Assembly: GCA_043825875.1 (NCBI GenBank)
Contig: JBDRRF010000049.1
Location: 27,904-91,903, forward strand
Direction of reading: 5' to 3'
DNA from: Pseudomonadota bacterium
Lineage (GTDB): Bacteria; Desulfobacterota; Desulfobacteria; Desulfobacterales; RPRI01
Length of the DNA stretch: 64,000 bases
Part shown: positions 47,914 to 58,985 of the stretch, piece by piece
Layout of the letters: every line of letters begins with the position of its first letter
Position numbering within the stretch: position 1 is the stretch's first letter
Position numbers and translations under genes: made by a program
The notes under the pieces: model-generated
Told to the model about the DNA's origin: nothing
The model's input: only the letters and a program-made list of their open reading frames with translations
The model's database searches: none

Positions 47914-48572
47914 TGATTAATAAAATCAAATACGTAATTTTGTTATTTTTGGTTATAGCTTTTGCCTGCCAGGGATGCGCATCTATTGATACCAAGAAAG
48001 ATAAACCTGCTAAAGAATACGCAGATGAAGGCATGGAATTTTATAAGGATAAAGACTACAAATATGCTATAGAGTCTTTTCAAAAAATAAAAGACTGGTA
48101 TCCTTTCAGCAAATATTCTGTTCTTGCAGATCTTAAAATAGCAGATTCACACTACAATTTAAAACAATATAATGAGGCAGTTGCAGCATATGAAGAGTTT
48201 GAAAAACTTCATCCAGCTAATGAATCAGTACCATATACGATCTTTCAGACAGGCTTGTGTTATTTTGAACAGGTCGACACTCCTGACAGGCAACAGGCAA
48301 CAGCAAGAAAAACTATTGAAACATTTAATCGTTTAAATAAACTTTTCCCGAAAAATACATACTCATTAAAAACCAACAAATACATAAATAAATGTTATAA
48401 AAGTATCGCGAAATCAGAATTGGGGATCGGCCTTTACTATTATAAATCAAAACACTACAAGGCTGCTTTGCATCGTTTTAAGAATGTAATCATAAGATAT
48501 CCCGATACAGGAGCCCACCACAAGGCTATTACATACATAGCCAAGTGTGAAACCGCCATAACAAAAAAATAA
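47913..48572 (+). CDS. bamD: Outer membrane protein assembly factor BamD
   Basis: Lipobox, YPFSKY, A...YEEF.KLHP and TPR helices. Confidence 0.88.
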   Translation: MINKIKYVILLFLVIAFACQGCASIDTKKDKPAKEYADEGMEFYKDKDYKYAIESFQKIKDWYPFSKYSVLADLKIADSHYNLKQYNEAVAAYEEFEKLHPANESVPYTIFQTGLCYFEQVDTPDRQQATARKTIETFNRLNKLFPKNTYSLKTNKYINKCYKSIAKSELGIGLYYYKSKHYKAALHRFKNVIIRYPDTGAHHKAITYIAKCETAITKK

Positions 48573-48677
48573 CAAAAAAACGCTTTACACTCAATCGGTT
48601 TTGGTGTATCAGCGCATATCCTGTTTTAAAATGGGATATAAGCTATAATATCATATAAGTTTCAAGGAGAAATATTA

Positions 48678-48869
48678 ATGTCTAAAATGTGTGAAATATG
48701 TGGCAAAAAACCTATGGCCGGCAAAAATGTCAGCCATGCTCATAATGTAACAAACCGCAGGTTTAATCCTAATCTTCAGAATGTAAGGGCAATCCATAAT
48801 GGTCAGGTTAAAAAAATGGTTGTCTGTACAAGTTGTATAAAATCAGGCCTTGTGGTCAAAGCTCCATAG
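48678..48869 (+). CDS. rpmB: 50S ribosomal protein L28
   Basis: [24 protein letters not shown]. Confidence 0.96.
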   Translation: MSKMCEICGKKPMAGKNVSHAHNVTNRRFNPNLQNVRAIHNGQVKKMVVCTSCIKSGLVVKAP

Positions 48870-48878
48870 CTTATTTTT

Positions 48879-51020
48879 CTATTCATTGATTCGCTTTGCA
48901 TCTATAATAAGTTTTATTTTCTTCATTTCCGATAATAATTTTTTTAAATGATCGGTATCTTTAATTGTAAGTGTAAAAAAGCAATCAACGATTTTATTTT
49001 CCTTTGTAACAGTATTTGCACTCAATATATTTGCGGCATTTTTGCTTATATTTGAAGCAATATCTGCAAGAAGGCCCACCCTGTCATAAGCAGCAATATG
49101 AATTTTAACCGGATAGAATTCAGAGGAATCTATATTCCACTCAACATCTATCTGTCTTTCCGGATTCATTTTCAGGGCATTAGAGCAAATAGTTCTGTGA
49201 ACGGTAACCCCATAACCCTGAGTAATATATCCTGTTATCGGATCACCCGGTACCGGCTGACAGCATTTTCCGAATTTTATTAAAATATCATCAAACCCTT
49301 TAACAACAACACCTGACACCTGCTTTTTCTTTTTTACCTTTCCTATTAATTTATCTAATATTGATTCATCATTTTCCTCCTCCGGTCTTGATATAAATTT
49401 TCTTACAATCTGGAGCGGAGTGGTTTTTCCATAACCTACACTTTCAATCATATCCTCTACGGTTTTAAACCCTAATTGTTCAACGACCATGCCCATCTCT
49501 TCAGTTTTTATAAGAGCCGAAAAATTCAAACGCTCTTTTCTAAAAGCTTTTTCGCATATTTCACGTCCAAGCGTTATGCTGCGATCTTTTTCCTGAGTTT
49601 TAATCCATTGCCTTATTCTTGACCTTGCTTTGACCGTTTTTACAAACTTAATCCAGTCCTTGCTTGGATGATGACCCTTGGATGTTATTATCTCAATAAT
49701 ATTTCCTGTTTGAAGTTCATAACTTAACGGAACCATACGCCCGTTTACTTTTGCCCCTGAACACTGATTTCCGACTTCGGTATGTATCTGATAAGCAAAA
49801 TCAACAGGTGTAGCCCCTTTAGGAAGTGATTTGATAGCTCCTTTAGGAGTAAACACATAAACCTCATCCGGATAAAGATCTATGCGGACATTTTCAAGAA
49901 ATTCAACCGGGTCATTGGTTTCCTTCTGATTATCTACAAGATTTTGTATCCATGAAAATTTATTACTCACATTTTCGTCAATTTGCTTTCCCTCTTTGTA
50001 GCCCCAATGCGCTGCAATACCTGACCTGGCAATTTTGTCCATTTCCCATGTTCTGATCTGTATTTCGATACGCTCGCCTATCGGGCCAACAACAGTAGTA
50101 TGCAACGACTGATACATATTCGGTTTTGGGAAACCGATATAATCTTTAAACTTATGAGCTATGGGTTTCCATAAAGCATGCACAAGTCCTAAAGCCTCAT
50201 AACATTTCGGGATCGTATCTAAAATTATTCTGAATGCAATGATATCATAAATCTGATCAAAAGTGAGATTCTGATTATTCATCTTCTGGAATATGCTGTA
50301 GTAATTTTTATACCTGCCCGACACCTCGCATTTTATGTTATTTTCATCCATTTTTTTCCGGATAAAATCCTTAACGGTTTCAACATATTTTTCACGGTCT
50401 TCTTTATCTTTACTTACCTGATTTTTTATTGTTAAAAATTCATCCGGATAAATATTCATAAATGCGATATTTTCAAGATCCTGTTTTATCCAGTATATTC
50501 CAAGACGGGCCGCTATCGGAGTATATATATCAAGGGTTTCTTGAGCTATTTTTATTCTTTTTTCTTTTGTTTGGTATTGAAGGGTTCTCATGTTATGGAG
50601 ACGATCGGCAAGTTTTATTAATACTACTCTTATATCGTCAGCCATAGCAAGCAGCATTTTTCTTATACTCTCAGCTTCGCGGGTATGTGAATCGCTAAAA
50701 GGAATTTTGCTTAGTTTTGTTACACCTGAAACAATGTGTAAGACTTCTTCTCCGAAAATCTCTTTTATGTCTTCAACGGTAGCATGTGTATCCTCAATAA
50801 CATCATGTAATAAACCTGCAGCGATACTTACAACATCCAGCTTCATATCAGCAAGAATTCCTGCTACCTCAAGAGGATGTGAAAGATATGGTTCTCCCGA
50901 TAAACGTACCTGGCCATCATGAACCCTTGCTGAATATACATAGGCGCGGTCAAGTATATCAAGATCGGCATCAGGATTATAAGCGTTAACCTTATCAATT
51001 ATATCTGTAATTCTGATCAT
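48879..51020 (-). CDS. spoT: Bifunctional (p)ppGpp synthetase/hydrolase
   Basis: HD domain (LLHDVIED), YQSLHT, EIQIRT, TGS and ACT domains. Confidence 0.95.
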   Translation of the reverse strand: MIRITDIIDKVNAYNPDADLDILDRAYVYSARVHDGQVRLSGEPYLSHPLEVAGILADMKLDVVSIAAGLLHDVIEDTHATVEDIKEIFGEEVLHIVSGVTKLSKIPFSDSHTREAESIRKMLLAMADDIRVVLIKLADRLHNMRTLQYQTKEKRIKIAQETLDIYTPIAARLGIYWIKQDLENIAFMNIYPDEFLTIKNQVSKDKEDREKYVETVKDFIRKKMDENNIKCEVSGRYKNYYSIFQKMNNQNLTFDQIYDIIAFRIILDTIPKCYEALGLVHALWKPIAHKFKDYIGFPKPNMYQSLHTTVVGPIGERIEIQIRTWEMDKIARSGIAAHWGYKEGKQIDENVSNKFSWIQNLVDNQKETNDPVEFLENVRIDLYPDEVYVFTPKGAIKSLPKGATPVDFAYQIHTEVGNQCSGAKVNGRMVPLSYELQTGNIIEIITSKGHHPSKDWIKFVKTVKARSRIRQWIKTQEKDRSITLGREICEKAFRKERLNFSALIKTEEMGMVVEQLGFKTVEDMIESVGYGKTTPLQIVRKFISRPEEENDESILDKLIGKVKKKKQVSGVVVKGFDDILIKFGKCCQPVPGDPITGYITQGYGVTVHRTICSNALKMNPERQIDVEWNIDSSEFYPVKIHIAAYDRVGLLADIASNISKNAANILSANTVTKENKIVDCFFTLTIKDTDHLKKLLSEMKKIKLIIDAKRINE

Positions 51021-51031
51021 TAGCTTTTATT

Positions 51032-52552
51032 CTAATAGGCTTTGGCAAATATTACTCTACATCTGCTTGGCCTGCCGCAACATACACATTTGCCTTTTTC
51101 TTCTTCCTGATTAAGAGGAATACATCTTATTGTTACACTTAAATCTTCTTTTATTTTTGCCTCACATTCATTTGTGCCGCACCAGTGAGATAAAGCAAAA
51201 CCACCGTGAATTTCCGGTTTATCTTTGTTTAAAGGAGTAAAGAATTCATAAAATTCTGTTCCGCCATCTATCGATACAGTATTTTTTTCCTTAAAATCAT
51301 AAGCTTTTTCATAAAGATTATTTTGCATTTCATCTAGAATATTTACAATTTCATTTATAAATTGATTCTTTGTCATAGAAATTTTTTCCCTGTGCGGTTT
51401 ATCTCTTCTTCCAAAGTAAACAGAATCTTTGGCGATATCTCTAGGACCTATTTCAACTCTTAAAGGTATACCCTTTTTAATCCAATCCCAGCCTCTTGCT
51501 CCTCCAATATCTCTGTCATCAATTTCTACACGAATTTTGCGGTGGTGGTAGAAAATGTTTCTTAGTTCTAGTGCAAGCTTATCAGTATATTCCATTACAT
51601 TTGATTTATCATCAGGTGATCTGTATATTGGAATCAGTACAATATGGGACGAAGCCACTCTAGGAGGAAGAATTACTCCGTCGTCATCCCCGTGTGTCAT
51701 TATTATTCCACCTATAAGGCGTGTTGAAACGCCCCATGAAGTCGTCCATGCGTATTCTTCTTTTTCTTCAAATGACTGGAATTTTATCTCTGATGCTTTT
51801 GCAAAATTCTGCCCGAGAAAATGTGACGTTCCGGCCTGAAGTCCTTTTTTATCCTGCATCATTCCTTCTATGCTAAATGTTTCTACAGCTCCGGGAAATT
51901 TCTCGGCTTCGGTCTTTCTACCCTTTGTAACGGGCATGGCAAGATATTCTTCGGCAAACTTAGTATATATATCAAGCATCATTTTTGTTCGTTCCAAAGC
52001 TTCTCTTTCCGTTGCATGGGCAGTATGGCCTTCCTGCCACAAAAATTCGCTGGTCCTTAAAAAAATACGTGTTCTCATCTCCCACCTGACAACATTGGCC
52101 CACTGGTTTATAAGAAGCGGAAGATCTCTATAGCTGCTTATCCACTTTGAAAAAGCATCGCCTATAATAGTTTCAGAGGTAGGTCTGACAACTAATGGTT
52201 CGGTTAAAGGTCCAGCAGGAGTAAGACCTCCTTCTTCATTCTTTTCCAGCCTGTGGTGAGTAACTACAGCACATTCTTTTGCAAAACCCTCCACATGGGC
52301 GGCTTCTTTCTCAATAAAACTAAGAGGTATAAAAAGAGGGAAATAGGCGTTTTTTACACCCGTATCTTTAAACATATCATCAAGTTCACGAACTATGTTC
52401 TCCCACAAGCTATAACCCCAAGGCTTTATGACCATACATCCTCTTACGGGAGATTTTTCTGCCATATCCGATACTTTAACCGCTTGTTGATACCACTCTG
52501 AATAATCTTCTTCTCTTGAAGGAGTTATTGCAGTTTTATCCTCTTTTCCCAT
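51032..52552 (-). CDS. proS: Proline--tRNA ligase (archaeal/eukaryote-like type)
   Basis: VRPTSET, NQWANVVRWE, EFLWQEGHT, QAGTSH.LGQNF and C-terminal FAKAY. Confidence 0.96.
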   Translation of the reverse strand: MGKEDKTAITPSREEDYSEWYQQAVKVSDMAEKSPVRGCMVIKPWGYSLWENIVRELDDMFKDTGVKNAYFPLFIPLSFIEKEAAHVEGFAKECAVVTHHRLEKNEEGGLTPAGPLTEPLVVRPTSETIIGDAFSKWISSYRDLPLLINQWANVVRWEMRTRIFLRTSEFLWQEGHTAHATEREALERTKMMLDIYTKFAEEYLAMPVTKGRKTEAEKFPGAVETFSIEGMMQDKKGLQAGTSHFLGQNFAKASEIKFQSFEEKEEYAWTTSWGVSTRLIGGIIMTHGDDDGVILPPRVASSHIVLIPIYRSPDDKSNVMEYTDKLALELRNIFYHHRKIRVEIDDRDIGGARGWDWIKKGIPLRVEIGPRDIAKDSVYFGRRDKPHREKISMTKNQFINEIVNILDEMQNNLYEKAYDFKEKNTVSIDGGTEFYEFFTPLNKDKPEIHGGFALSHWCGTNECEAKIKEDLSVTIRCIPLNQEEEKGKCVCCGRPSRCRVIFAKAY

Positions 52553-52615
52553 ATTACCCTTCCCTAAGTTTTGTCTTCAATGTCAAAAATATTATAATTC
52601 TTCTTAAAGTCTCTG

Positions 52616-53677
52616 CTATAGTTTTGCAATTTCTTCAAGAAGAATATCTACAAGCATTTCCTGCGGAAATTTCTTTACTACCCTGCCCTTTTTAAAAAGA
52701 ATGCCTGTTCCGTCACCTCCGGCAACCCCTATATCAGCCTCTTTAGCCTCTCCAGGGCCATTAACAACACACCCCATTATAGCAAGTTTTATATTGGCAG
52801 AACTTGTTAAAAGCTCTTTTTCAACACGTTCCACAATCTCAAAAAGATTTATATTGCACCGTCCGCAGGTAGGGCATGAAATAATCTCAGGCCCCCGCTT
52901 TCTTATATCAAGTGCTTTTAAAATTTCATATCCCGCCCTTATTTCCTCTACCGGGTCTCTTGTTAAAGAAACCCTGATAGTGTCACCAATACCTTCAGCA
53001 AGTAGCATCCCGATACCAAGAGTTGATTTAACAAGACCCGGAAAAAGAGACCCGGCTTCAGTTACACCAACGTGTAAAGGAAAATCGGTTTTTTTAGAAA
53101 GAAGCCTGTATGCTTCTACAGTGCGGAATACATCCGATGCCTTGATTGAAATTTTCAGTTCATGAAAATCCAGCGATCTTAAAATATCAATATTACGCAT
53201 TGCACTTTCAACCATTGCCGCAGGAGTTGCGCCATTATATTTTTTCAGCAGATCCTTTTCAAGCGAGCCGGCATTTACTCCAATTCTTATCGGTATATTA
53301 TATTGTTTTGCACAGTCAACAAGCTTTTGTATCTTTTTTGTTCCTCCGATATTGCCGGGGTTTAATCGTAAACCATCGGCTCCCGCCTTTGCAGAAGCGA
53401 TAGCAAGTTGATAATCAAAATGTATGTCGGCTATTAAAGGAATTGAGATCTGCTTTTTAATCGAAGCTATTGCAACAGCTGACTCTTTGTCCGGAACCGC
53501 AACCCTTACAATCTCACATCCGGCCTGTTCAAGATTTTTAATCTGTGCAACAGTTGCTTGTATGTCAGATGTAAATGTATTGGTCATGGATTGCACCGTA
53601 ACCGGAGACATTCCACCTACCTTAACACCACCGACAGATATCTGGCGAGTTTCTTTTCGTTGAATTGGAAATGGCAT
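52616..53677 (-). CDS. ispG: HMBPP synthase
   Basis: VQSMTNT, ADIHF, RLNPGNIG, GVTEAG, SCPTCGR and MGCVVNGPGE. Confidence 0.97.
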   Translation of the reverse strand: MPFPIQRKETRQISVGGVKVGGMSPVTVQSMTNTFTSDIQATVAQIKNLEQAGCEIVRVAVPDKESAVAIASIKKQISIPLIADIHFDYQLAIASAKAGADGLRLNPGNIGGTKKIQKLVDCAKQYNIPIRIGVNAGSLEKDLLKKYNGATPAAMVESAMRNIDILRSLDFHELKISIKASDVFRTVEAYRLLSKKTDFPLHVGVTEAGSLFPGLVKSTLGIGMLLAEGIGDTIRVSLTRDPVEEIRAGYEILKALDIRKRGPEIISCPTCGRCNINLFEIVERVEKELLTSSANIKLAIMGCVVNGPGEAKEADIGVAGGDGTGILFKKGRVVKKFPQEMLVDILLEEIAKL

Positions 53678-53726
53678 AAAATATCACAAATTTTAGATTG
53701 TTTGCGAAGGTATCAATGGGTGATAA

Positions 53727-54362
53727 TTATAGAAATACCGATGCGTTTTGCTGCATTATCTTGAAATCATTCTCAGTCAGGCCTGCCCCACATACAACTT
53801 TTACTGCCTGATTGCTGCCGATAAAATCTGAAGGGTCATGAGAATCAGTATTTATTACAAGCTTTGCCCCTACCTTTACTGCAAGCTTGGCAACATGGCC
53901 ATTTGTAAGGCTGTGTCCCTTGCGGGCAGAAATTTCAAGAAGTATTCCTTTCTCTTTTGCAATCAAAACTTCTTCTTCCGATATAAGCCCGGGATGAGCT
54001 AAAATATTTATATCCGCATCAAGAGCAGCCCTGTTTGTACCCGGAGCAACCGGCTCAACAATTGTTTCCCCATGTACTATTATTATTCTTGCTCCAAGGC
54101 TGCGCGCTCTTCTTGCACATTCCGATATCAAAGGCGGAGGTACATGGGTAAGCTCTATTCCGGGAATAACCTTAATGCCCATGAATCTGTTCAAGTCTAT
54201 CGCAACAGAAACAATCCTTGGGATTATATAATCTATGTTTGAAGAATCTCCGTGATCGGTAATCCCTATTCCTTTAAGGCCAGCATCTTCAGCTCTTCTT
54301 GCAAGTTCGGACGGAATTAAAGCACCATCGCTGAATAACGAATGTGTATGAAGATCTATCAC
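53727..54362 (-). CDS. PHP-domain (histidinol phosphate phosphatase-like) protein
   Basis: DLHTHS.FSDG, ITDH, ILAHPG and NTDSH. Confidence 0.88.
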   Translation of the reverse strand: MIDLHTHSLFSDGALIPSELARRAEDAGLKGIGITDHGDSSNIDYIIPRIVSVAIDLNRFMGIKVIPGIELTHVPPPLISECARRARSLGARIIIVHGETIVEPVAPGTNRAALDADINILAHPGLISEEEVLIAKEKGILLEISARKGHSLTNGHVAKLAVKVGAKLVINTDSHDPSDFIGSNQAVKVVCGAGLTENDFKIMQQNASVFL

Positions 54363-54418
54363 TTTGTATCTCCTTTTACTCCTTACATATTTACATAAAA
54401 ATCAATTCTATAAGTCTG

Positions 54419-54916
54419 TTATACTTTGAATTTACCAAAATCTTCGGGTGAAAGATTTTCAAGATAATCTGCCCACATCTTGCCTTCCTCACTTGTATCT
54501 ACCATTTCCGGTTTTTCTTCAATCCCCTTTGATTTTTCAATAACCTTATCATCTAAATAGATAGGAGCATCAAAACGAATTGCTATTGCAATCGCATCGC
54601 TTGGCCTGGAATCCATATCAAAATGTCCCGAATCGGAAATAAAATGGATCTTTGCATAATATGTATTTCCTATCAAATCAAATACCTCTATTCTGGAGAC
54701 TTTAATGTTCATAAGCTCGACAAAATTTTTAAAAAGATCATGTGTCATTGGACGCTCGAACTTAATTTTCTGAAGCGCAGAGGCTATTGATGTTGCTTCA
54801 AGCAACCCGATCCAGATGGGAACAGCATGCTCCCCATCTTCAGATTTCAATATTATTATCGGTGTATTTGATGCCGGATCCATAGCCAGTCCTGCAATAC
54901 TTACTTTAAGCAGCAT
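54419..54916 (-). CDS. Bifunctional nuclease family protein (DUF151)
   Basis: VPIWIG..EA..I, RPMTHDL and DSRPSDAIAIA. The start was moved to the ATG at 54916 after AGGAGG. Confidence 0.9.
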   Translation of the reverse strand: MLLKVSIAGLAMDPASNTPIIILKSEDGEHAVPIWIGLLEATSIASALQKIKFERPMTHDLFKNFVELMNIKVSRIEVFDLIGNTYYAKIHFISDSGHFDMDSRPSDAIAIAIRFDAPIYLDDKVIEKSKGIEEKPEMVDTSEEGKMWADYLENLSPEDFGKFKV

Positions 54917-56318
54917 AATTTTCCTCCTTTTTTGAATCAAACGGCTTTGGTTTAAAATCAACCGGTTTTCCGAAAAGAGAATGCAAAAATGCTTTTTCAA
55001 TCTTAACGCCAAGTTTCTTGCCTATAAAAACATCATCAAAGGATTTTTCGCAGGCAAAATTTACAATTTTGTTTGTTGAAGTTCTTCCTGACCAGCAAAT
55101 ACCTTCAAATTCATTCCGTTGATTTACAATTTCTTGTTTTTTACTGAATCCGTCAACAAGTATAAGCTCATTTGATCCAATAAGAGCCCGATTCTTTTTT
55201 GTAGTATAATACTCCTGAATTTCCAGCAGTTCCCTGAGTCTGCTATTCTTTATGTTATCAGAGATTTGATTTGTAAATTTTGATGCGGGCGCTTTTATTC
55301 TGTTAGAATACTCGAATGTAAATAGGCTGTCAAATTCCACTTCCTTAACAAGATCAAGAGTATCTTTAAAATCTTCATTTGTTTCTCCCGGAAAACCGAC
55401 AATCACATCAGATGTTATAGAAATGCCGGGGGATATATCCCTGAGCTTATAGATTTTTTCAAGATATTGTTCTCTTGTATATTTCCTGTTCATTTTTTTT
55501 AATATCTTATTTGAACCGGACTGAACCGGCAGATGTATATGATTGCATAGTTTTCCAAGATCTTTAAAGGTATACATAAGCTCATCCGAAAGATCCTTAG
55601 GATGAGAAGTAGTAAATCTGATTCTAAAAAGTCCGTCTATTTCACTTACAAGTTTGAGAAGTTCAGTAAACGAGCAAAGACCTTCTTTCATGCCATAACT
55701 GTTAACATTTTGGCCTAAAAGCGTGATCTCCTGCACTCCGGTATTAACAAGTCTGCAAATCTCTTCAATAATACTTTCAGGTTTTCTGCTTATTTCAGGA
55801 CCTCTCACATGGGGAACCACACAATAAGTACAGTAATTATCACATCCGCGCATAATAGTCACAAACCTTGTAACTCCGTTATCAGCAATCGGAAATACAT
55901 CAGATGAAATCTCTATAATCTCATTATTCATTTCAATATCAGATATTCTGCGCTTTTTTATTGAAATATTTTTAATATGTTCCGGCAACCTGTTTATGGC
56001 ATGTGTACCAAAAACAAGGTCAATATATGTAAAGCGTTTAAGTATGTTCAAACCTTCCTGCTGGGCTACACAACCTCCCACACAAATAATAAGGCCGGGC
56101 TTTTTTCTTTTCAGATTTGCAAGACGTCCCAAAAAACTGAAAGCTTTCTGCTCTGCTTTTTCTCTTATTGCACATGTGTTTATAATTATAAGATCAGCTT
56201 CATCAAAAGAATCGGATAATTTATAGCCCAAAGGACTTAATTGCCCTATTATCTGCTCTGAATCATAAACATTCATCTGGCAGCCGAAAGTATTTATATA
56301 CAGGTATTTTGTATTCAT
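54906..56318 (-). CDS. miaB: tRNA ms2i6A37 methylthiotransferase
   Basis: TFGCQMN..DSE, NTCAIRE, GCDNYCTYC, LPVQSGS and a TRAM domain. Confidence 0.96.
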   Translation of the reverse strand: MNTKYLYINTFGCQMNVYDSEQIIGQLSPLGYKLSDSFDEADLIIINTCAIREKAEQKAFSFLGRLANLKRKKPGLIICVGGCVAQQEGLNILKRFTYIDLVFGTHAINRLPEHIKNISIKKRRISDIEMNNEIIEISSDVFPIADNGVTRFVTIMRGCDNYCTYCVVPHVRGPEISRKPESIIEEICRLVNTGVQEITLLGQNVNSYGMKEGLCSFTELLKLVSEIDGLFRIRFTTSHPKDLSDELMYTFKDLGKLCNHIHLPVQSGSNKILKKMNRKYTREQYLEKIYKLRDISPGISITSDVIVGFPGETNEDFKDTLDLVKEVEFDSLFTFEYSNRIKAPASKFTNQISDNIKNSRLRELLEIQEYYTTKKNRALIGSNELILVDGFSKKQEIVNQRNEFEGICWSGRTSTNKIVNFACEKSFDDVFIGKKLGVKIEKAFLHSLFGKPVDFKPKPFDSKKEENYAA

Positions 56319-56330
56319 TATATTATTATT

Positions 56331-56600
56331 TTAATTATCGTCCGTAATATATTCTTCAACCCAAATATTTTTTTTAAGATCCTGCAAAACCTCATCAACA
56401 TCATTTTCACAGCCGGGAGGTATTCGAAACATTATAATTCCATCAAACCGGTCAATAGTAGTAATTATGGCAATTCCATCATATGCCTCAAAAATAAATT
56501 TCAGGAAAGAGATGTTTTTTCTGTCTGTACGGTAATATTTCTCTGTAATTTTCAATATTATTCTCTTAAAAAAACCTAAAGTCTGATAATAAATATTCAA
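56331..56600 (-). CDS. DUF4911-like small protein
   Basis: I.FLKFIFEAYDGIA..TTID...PPG; upstream of miaB; start uncertain. Confidence 0.7.
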   Translation of the reverse strand: MNIYYQTLGFFKRIILKITEKYYRTDRKNISFLKFIFEAYDGIAIITTIDRFDGIIMFRIPPGCENDVDEVLQDLKKNIWVEEYITDDN

Positions 56601-56697
56601 TATTTAATCTGAACATTATATATCATTATGTTTTGCGCATTATCAATAAAAAAGGCTTTTTTCTTATTGTTAGATTTAACATTATAGCGTATGTATT

Positions 56698-58416
56698 TTG
56701 CCGATGAAAAAAAAATTGCATATTCTTCAACCTGATAAAAACCTTGTCGATAAAATCTCGAAAGCTGTAAAATGCACCCCCTTTATTGCATTATTACTGG
56801 TTAACCGGAGAATTTTTACTGCTAAAGAGGCTCATGCTTTTTTAAATATTTCCATTGATAATCTAAGGCCACCTTTTTTCATGAAAGACATGGAAATAGC
56901 CGTAAATCGTATTTGTAATGCAATTATGAGCCGTGAGAAAATACTTGTCTTCGGTGATTATGATGTTGACGGTGTAACTTCAACCGCACTTCTTGTTGAA
57001 TTTCTGCTGCACACCGGAGCTGCTGTTTCATATTATATTCCGGACAGGCTAAAAGAAGGATACGGCCTACGCGAAAAACATATACCCGAAATCGCCATAG
57101 CAACTAATATTAACCTGATTATCACGGTTGACTGCGGTTCAAGCAGCCATGAAGCTGCAACAGCCGCTAAAGATGCCGGCATAGATATAATTATAACCGA
57201 TCATCATAAAGTTTCTGAAGAGCTTCCTGAAGCGTTAGCTATTATAAGCCCAAAACGTCCCGATTGCAGTTCGGGCCTTTACGATCTTGCAGGTGTAGGA
57301 GTTGCTTTTTATCTTGTTATTTGTCTCAGGAAACATTTGCGCGACATGCATTTCTGGGATACGCATCCGGAACCAAACCTTAAGAACCTTTGCGATCTTA
57401 TTGCTCTTGGCACCGTTGCAGACATGGTACCTCTATTGGGAGAAAACAGAATTCTCACAAAAACCGGGCTTGATCTTATCAATTCAGGCAACAGACTCGG
57501 AATTAATGCTTTATTGAAGGCAAGTAATTGCAAAAACAGTATTGATTCAGAGGATATTGCCTTCAGGCTTGCCCCCCGCATTAATGCAATGGGAAGAGTT
57601 GATAATGCAAAAGACGCAGTCAAACTTCTTTTGACAAATAATCCTAATACTGCTGATAATATCGCCCGGCAAATGAATTCGATGAATATAAAAAGACAAA
57701 ATATAGAAAAAAAGATCTTTAATGAAATTTTAGAATATATACAAAATAATCCCAACATACTTTTAAAAAAATCCATTGTTCTTTCACACCATAGCTGGCA
57801 CGAAGGAGTTCTTGGCATAATTGCTTCAAAGATTGTTGAAAAATATAACCGCCCAACCATACTTTTTGCACAAAAAGATGACATAGCAAAAGGTTCCGGA
57901 AGAAGTACTTCTTATTTTGATTTATACGAAGGCCTTGCGGCTTGTTCTAATATTTTAGAATCTTTTGGCGGTCATTCAATGGCGGCAGGGGTAACAATAA
58001 AGATACAAAACTTAATCTTGTTTGAGCGTGAATTTGAAAATACTGTTTTACAAATATCTCATTCCAAAGATCTGTTGTCAGAAATATGTATAGACTATGA
58101 ACTTGCTTTTAATGAAATATGCGCAGATTTTGTTAATGAGATTGAGTCTTTAAAACCTTTTGGGGCAGGAAATCCTGAGCCGGTTTTTCTTGCACGAAAC
58201 ATTAGTGTAATTTCTTCAGATATAGTCGGAGAAAATCACAGGCGTATGGTTTTAAGTGATAAAACAGGAAATAATAATCATGTTTACAATGCTATACATT
58301 TTAATATCAATAAAAATATGCCTGAAATAGATTTTTATGAACAAATTGCATTTAGGCTTCGATGGAACCGGTGGAACGGAAATAAATCTATCCAGCTTGT
58401 TATAGAAAATATATAA
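56698..58416 (+). CDS. recJ: ssDNA exonuclease RecJ
   Basis: GDYDVDG, TVDCG, TDHH, GTVADMVPL, PRINA.GR and FGGH.MAAG. Confidence 0.96.
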   Translation: MPMKKKLHILQPDKNLVDKISKAVKCTPFIALLLVNRRIFTAKEAHAFLNISIDNLRPPFFMKDMEIAVNRICNAIMSREKILVFGDYDVDGVTSTALLVEFLLHTGAAVSYYIPDRLKEGYGLREKHIPEIAIATNINLIITVDCGSSSHEAATAAKDAGIDIIITDHHKVSEELPEALAIISPKRPDCSSGLYDLAGVGVAFYLVICLRKHLRDMHFWDTHPEPNLKNLCDLIALGTVADMVPLLGENRILTKTGLDLINSGNRLGINALLKASNCKNSIDSEDIAFRLAPRINAMGRVDNAKDAVKLLLTNNPNTADNIARQMNSMNIKRQNIEKKIFNEILEYIQNNPNILLKKSIVLSHHSWHEGVLGIIASKIVEKYNRPTILFAQKDDIAKGSGRSTSYFDLYEGLAACSNILESFGGHSMAAGVTIKIQNLILFEREFENTVLQISHSKDLLSEICIDYELAFNEICADFVNEIESLKPFGAGNPEPVFLARNISVISSDIVGENHRRMVLSDKTGNNNHVYNAIHFNINKNMPEIDFYEQIAFRLRWNRWNGNKSIQLVIENI

Positions 58417-58556
58417 ATTTCCCTTGCATTTCTGTCTGTGCGCAATTATTATAAAATAATTTTTTAGCTTGTAATAAAATGCAATACAAAAAAATATGCA
58501 GTTTTAAGTAAAGTTATTTTTGTAAAGCTGCCAATATTAATCAACAATATAGGGGA

Positions 58557-58985
58557 ATGCAAATGGCCAAGGTATTCCGGGTAAGTACCAGAGAATCAAG
58601 TATTTTATCAAAAATTGAATCTTCAAAAGAATATGCTCGGAGACAAGCAATTAACACTGTTAAAGAGTGTTATGAGCCACTTTCCAATGCTATTACTACA
58701 AAGCTTTTAGAAGATAACCTCATAGAAACTACCAACAAAAACAGTTCTGAAGAACAAATTCGGATGTGTCTTGAAAAATTAACCCGGTCTGAAGATTTCG
58801 ATATAGATTTCGTTATTGCTCCCTATAGGAATCTGATTTCTCAACCAAATGTAGTTTCACTTTATGTAACATCTTTTGTAATTGAAGAACTTATAAAACA
58901 TAAAGATATTATCGAAATTTTTGGTTCTGATGAAGATCTGTATAATTGCATTAACAGACAGGTTATGAAGTTTCTATCAGCATAA
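58557..58985 (+). CDS. Hypothetical protein
   Basis: 142 aa helical ORF coupled to the next gene by a TAATG overlap. Confidence 0.7.
   Translation: MQMAKVFRVSTRESSILSKIESSKEYARRQAINTVKECYEPLSNAITTKLLEDNLIETTNKNSSEEQIRMCLEKLTRSEDFDIDFVIAPYRNLISQPNVVSLYVTSFVIEELIKHKDIIEIFGSDEDLYNCINRQVMKFLSA

Noticed and set aside
51032..52552. Archaeal/eukaryote-type ProRS as a sign of recent horizontal transfer
   Set aside because: This type is widespread in bacteria, and the gene sits in a normal housekeeping operon.
57309..57884. Long antisense ORFs in the track (e.g. 57309-57884, 52701-53165, 22432-22878, 36803-37246)
   Set aside because: They are shadows of well-supported genes on the opposite strand and have no motifs.
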